Below the pieces are notes generated by a model. That model had not been told where the DNA came from and did not search any database. It saw only the letters and a list, made by a program, of their open reading frames with translations. This document shows, one piece after another, positions 29,714-33,640 of a DNA stretch of 33,640 nt. Position numbers and translations under genes: made by a program. Within the stretch, counting starts at the first letter, position 1; each line of letters opens with the position of its first letter. The DNA comes from Craspedostauros australis (taxonomy: Eukaryota), in assembly GCA_030167865.1 (NCBI GenBank), contig JALAGF010000484.1, positions 1-33,640 of the forward strand. Direction: 5' to 3'.

Positions 29714-30820
29714 ATGAACATGACAATGAACGACAGCAGCAGCAGCAGCAGCAGCGAGACACGCTGGTCTTCGACGCACGAATCCATCGGCAGCATCTGC
29801 GACGACCAGATACAACAGAGCTCGGCTGGATGCCGGGGCCGCACGAGGAGACCCGGTAAACTGTCGCGTGGCCGCCGACGCAACACATTCCTCAGCGACC
29901 TCCTCCTGCAGCAGCCTCTGGCCATCGTGGACGACACGAAGCAGCTGCCTCCCGTATCCATCATGGAACTGAAGCGACGCCACAGCGCCGATGGCACCGT
30001 GCACAGACGCAGGCGCAACGCAGCGCGCCGCGCGAAGAAGTCCTGCGTCCACGACGCCAGCAACAAGCCGCAGCGATCGATTTCGTGCCAGCCATTCACA
30101 GTGAGCAACGATCAGCCAGGCATCGCCGAAGGTGATTCCATGGCGAGGCTGAGTTCGGCTCTGATGGACGAGTTCCTGCATCAGTCGAGGTGGAGCGCGG
30201 AGCCTGCAACTCGGCAACGGCATTCGATGCCCAAAGGTCTGATGGCTGACATCGCAGCATCCATGATGAGTGAGGTTTCCGCAGCTGAGAACGACCTCGC
30301 CGCATCCACATCCACAACAACGACTCGCAACAATATCGACATCAACAGCAGTGTCAACAGCAACGAACACGAAGAAAGTGACGCCGGCAGCGATGCAATG
30401 CGGAGTATCACCACATTCAAGGACGACTCCATGCCACGGCTCCCCATCCGCCGCCGATCAGTCGAATGCAATACTGGGGATGTGGACATGGAGATCTCTG
30501 ACAACGACCAATCTCCCTCACACAACCAGCCCCAAGGACAGGATCATGGTCCGCAAACAACATCGCCGATCGCACCGCCGCCGCTCTACTATGCGACTCC
30601 AAAGCACGCCAAGCCAGCCCAACGCACTCGATCCGTGAACCGCCATCGCCTCATGGCGGCACTGACGCAAGCCATCTCCATCTCGGAATCCACGAAGTGC
30701 GTGCCATTCTCGCTGCCCTCGTCGCCGTTGGTGTCGTTGTCTCCATCCGCGAGGCCCAGGCTGTGCCTTGACAGCCGCAGCACGTCCCGATCAACGCTCA
30801 AGTTGTCCAAGAGTGTCTGA
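29714..30820 (+). CDS. Hypothetical disordered Ser/Arg-rich protein
   Basis: Probable start MNMTMND within the 427 aa ORF (an upstream in-frame ATG at 29594 is possible). Short motifs TRWSS, SRWSA and DSMPRLPIRRRS; no globular domain. Confidence 0.65.
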   Translation: MNMTMNDSSSSSSSETRWSSTHESIGSICDDQIQQSSAGCRGRTRRPGKLSRGRRRNTFLSDLLLQQPLAIVDDTKQLPPVSIMELKRRHSADGTVHRRRRNAARRAKKSCVHDASNKPQRSISCQPFTVSNDQPGIAEGDSMARLSSALMDEFLHQSRWSAEPATRQRHSMPKGLMADIAASMMSEVSAAENDLAASTSTTTTRNNIDINSSVNSNEHEESDAGSDAMRSITTFKDDSMPRLPIRRRSVECNTGDVDMEISDNDQSPSHNQPQGQDHGPQTTSPIAPPPLYYATPKHAKPAQRTRSVNRHRLMAALTQAISISESTKCVPFSLPSSPLVSLSPSARPRLCLDSRSTSRSTLKLSKSV

Positions 30821-31517
30821 ACTTGGGAGGTCGACTGGACATAGAGCACTCTTGTTGAGTATTTCTCCTTCATATTCCATTATAGAATACAATGCAACAT
30901 CATACAATAGCATAGAATGCAGATTTCTGTTGAATAGAAGTATAGGCATTGTGCAATGCTTGCAGATCGGCGATGTCTCTAGAGAGCGACGCATAACACG
31001 CAATAGATGCAGACCAAGCTCGATCCAGCACACAAGAGACACTCATCGAACTGCCACCATACCGCTCTCGTCCGGAGAAAGTTGGAATACGTTGCTCCAC
31101 TCACTCTACCCTACGCTAATCCATCACCTTTTGCGGTGCTCCGATCCGCTTTCACCACCATTACTCTAACTCGTATCCGACTCCATACCTCCGTTCTTAA
31201 CACAACATTGACGAGAAGTCATCCCATCCAATCTCCGTGAACCGTTGATGGTTGGTGCCACCACCGATGTTCTTTGGCGCGAAGGAGAAGGCAAAGGAGT
31301 CGAGGAAACGCTCCACGTGGCATAGAGAGACGTGCACAAACGAACAACAACAACGACTTTTCTGAGACAACACGAGCAACATCAACGATACCCTAATCCT
31401 GACGCCCATCCTCTCAGTGTGTGTCCACACTCTATTCTCTCCCCCAACAAGCGTCACATCTCGACACCACAGAGGGATTGCAAGATCCCAACCAACACGC
31501 ACTCGCCAATCACTATC

Positions 31518-32225
31518 ATGAAGCGCCCTTTGGTTACGGCAATCGTCGGTTGCCTCTTGGCTCACCCCGTCAAGGGATTGGCGGCATCTTCAACGTCAAC
31601 TCCCATACCACCGCCACCACCGATATCCGTCCCCGTCTGGTCATTGGCCTGCGATGGCAGTCCACGGCAGCACACCTCCATGAACATCGTCACGTTCGCC
31701 ACGCCGGTATCCGTCCAACCCAAGCTCTGGGCCGTGTCGCTGTACCACGGCACCAAGACGAAGGACACATTCCTGCAATGCAAGCAGGGCGTCTTGCAAC
31801 TGCTGTCGCAGGATCACAAGCACCTCGTGCCCGTCCTGGGCAAGCACACGGGGTACGACACATCGTATTCCAAACAAGACGAGTGCACGAGGTTGGGTTA
31901 TGCTTGGATCTGCCGTGGCGGCAGCAGTCTCGACGCCAGCAACATTCCGAAGGACGGCCAGCCAGCTGATACCGAGATACAGTCGGCATCACAGGTCCTG
32001 CCGCAGTGTCCGCTGTACATACAGCTCAAGCTCGAAAGTGTCATGGAGGATGCAGGAGATCACGTCGTCGCGATTTGCTCCGTGTCCAAGACGTCGAGAT
32101 GGAACGAAGAGCTGCAGCGTGTTGAGGCTCTCACAGTCGAAGATGCCACATCGCCATTGGATTCGGGGAGCGAGTATGGCAACGTATTGTACTCTGGGCA
32201 GCTGCGGAAAGATGGTATCATATGA
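31518..32225 (+). CDS. Flavin reductase-like FMN-binding split-barrel protein with N-terminal signal peptide
   Basis: Signal MKRPLVTAIVGCLLAHPVKG, then a Ser/Thr/Pro linker. TSMNIVTFATPVS, WAVSLY, GVLQLL, LGKHTG and DAGDHVVAIC (GDH motif). Confidence 0.8.
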   Translation: MKRPLVTAIVGCLLAHPVKGLAASSTSTPIPPPPPISVPVWSLACDGSPRQHTSMNIVTFATPVSVQPKLWAVSLYHGTKTKDTFLQCKQGVLQLLSQDHKHLVPVLGKHTGYDTSYSKQDECTRLGYAWICRGGSSLDASNIPKDGQPADTEIQSASQVLPQCPLYIQLKLESVMEDAGDHVVAICSVSKTSRWNEELQRVEALTVEDATSPLDSGSEYGNVLYSGQLRKDGII

Positions 32226-32866
32226 TATGAGTGCGCAGCGTGAGAGGAAAGTAGAACGAAGAAGAGGTGATAGAATCGGAGTGGAAGACTCTACATGGCA
32301 AGAGAAAGAGAGAGAACTGTGCCAATGTTGACAGAGCGTAAGGTTCTAGCATTCGATATCCAATAGCTACGATCTTGAAGTGTCATTGGAGTATGGTAGA
32401 GCCCACAGACTCCACAGATTAGAGAGTAGAGCAGCAGAAAATCAGCATTGAAGTTGACATCGACCATCCTGCTTTTGGCGATACCAACCAAGGCACCGGA
32501 TCTGGCAGTAGTACGCCGGTCATGTCTAGAGAAGCGCAAAATCGAGGGCTCCACAAAATTAAAATAAGACCTTGGAGCAAAATCGGCGTTCACTAAGCAT
32601 CTTATTATATTTATCTAGTTGGAAAAGATGTGAGTGGTATCGTCGAAAGCCCTGTGCCATCTCTCCGGAACCGACTACGGGATGTGCGGAGGCACGGATG
32701 AGCTTTGACACCATTTCCAGCCACCTTGGGTATCACCATCAACGATCTCTCGCATTCGTTGCGCTTCGACAGATGTTAAGAGCCCGATCAGTGAGTCGAC
32801 CTGCACTTTGTCATGGGACTCAATAACATTTGTCTCCGATATCCAAACAAAGCACATATTCGTAAT

Positions 32867-32899
32867 NNNNNNNNNNNNNNNNNNNNNNNNNNNNNNNNN
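32867..32899. other. Assembly gap (N run)
   Basis: Run of n characters; isolated n bases also occur at 33289 and 33335. Confidence 0.99.
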
Positions 32900-33640
32900 G
32901 ATTTTTAAGTTAGATCCTATTTTAAGTTTTATGGACCCGTCAATGTGCGCATTTTTAGACTGCTTTAGGGACTCAGCCTTTTTCTTCCGACTACATCGAT
33001 TCAGTTTAACCCTTTGCTGTTCTTCGTTTCAGCAAGGTTGTTCCGATTTTGAATTGTTTAGTCTCTTTTTCAGGTGTTCGGGTGGAACCATCCAACAGTC
33101 CATCCACGATAGCACTAGTTGTAGAATGTTGGGGGAAGCGGTGTATTATCGTTTACGTTACTTACACCATGTGCTTGTCCAATCCGTCATCGACGTCACG
33201 AAATTGGATACTTCGTCATGAAACACCAATGATATGACGATGCGCAACATCATCAGGTCTGCTTCGTCGTGGCGAAGTGGTTGAGTGGNGTTGGTACTCC
33301 TCGAGTGTTTTGTGTCGTGGTCTTTTTGGACAGTNGGTACAATTGGAGGTAAATCTCCACATCCCCCAACATGTGAGGCCGGTTGAGAGTGGCAAACTCG
33401 ACACACCGACATGGAAGTGGAGCAAACACCAAAAAAATACCACAATGGCCGTCGAACGGTATGCTTGGCGCCGCAACAACCAGCCGGCCAATTCAAGATT
33501 CAAGCATATCGCCGTCACCTCCACGCAACGTTTGGTGGGTGGACGAACGGAGGCAGGAAGAGGGGTTGATTTGGGGCCGTCGTAGGCCCCAGAAATACGA
33601 TCAACAATTTGGCTCCAAATCGGCTCGTTGGTTTTGGCCT

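Noticed and set aside
32900-33640. Sequence after the gap as a gene or transposon end
   Set aside because: Contains ambiguous bases; no recognisable ORF, terminal repeat or motif.

Overview
Eukaryotic nuclear DNA, most likely from a (pennate) diatom, judged from the CoDi-type copia, the Ambal-type LINE and the diatom-style low-complexity proteins. The organism is inferred, not proven. The first ~8 kb is a transposon nest. It holds the 3' half of an RNase H-bearing non-LTR retrotransposon whose 3' end carries two tandem, mutually covarying hairpins. A bacterial-type 2OG-Fe(II) oxygenase gene follows, then an internally deleted Ty1/copia element with TATTG...CAATA LTRs. One LTR contains a nested, inverted solo LTR with a 5-bp TSD, and the other has lost its CpGs. 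A possible decayed DIRS-like remnant lies beyond. The rest is host genes: glutamine-dependent NAD+ synthetase, a two-exon MGxCxS/IQ-motif/coiled-coil protein, a fucosyltransferase-like type II membrane protein, a flavin reductase-like protein, several orphan low-complexity ORFs and a possible BTB pseudogene. No rRNA, tRNA or CRISPR array was recognised. All family assignments come from motif recognition by eye; no searches were run.
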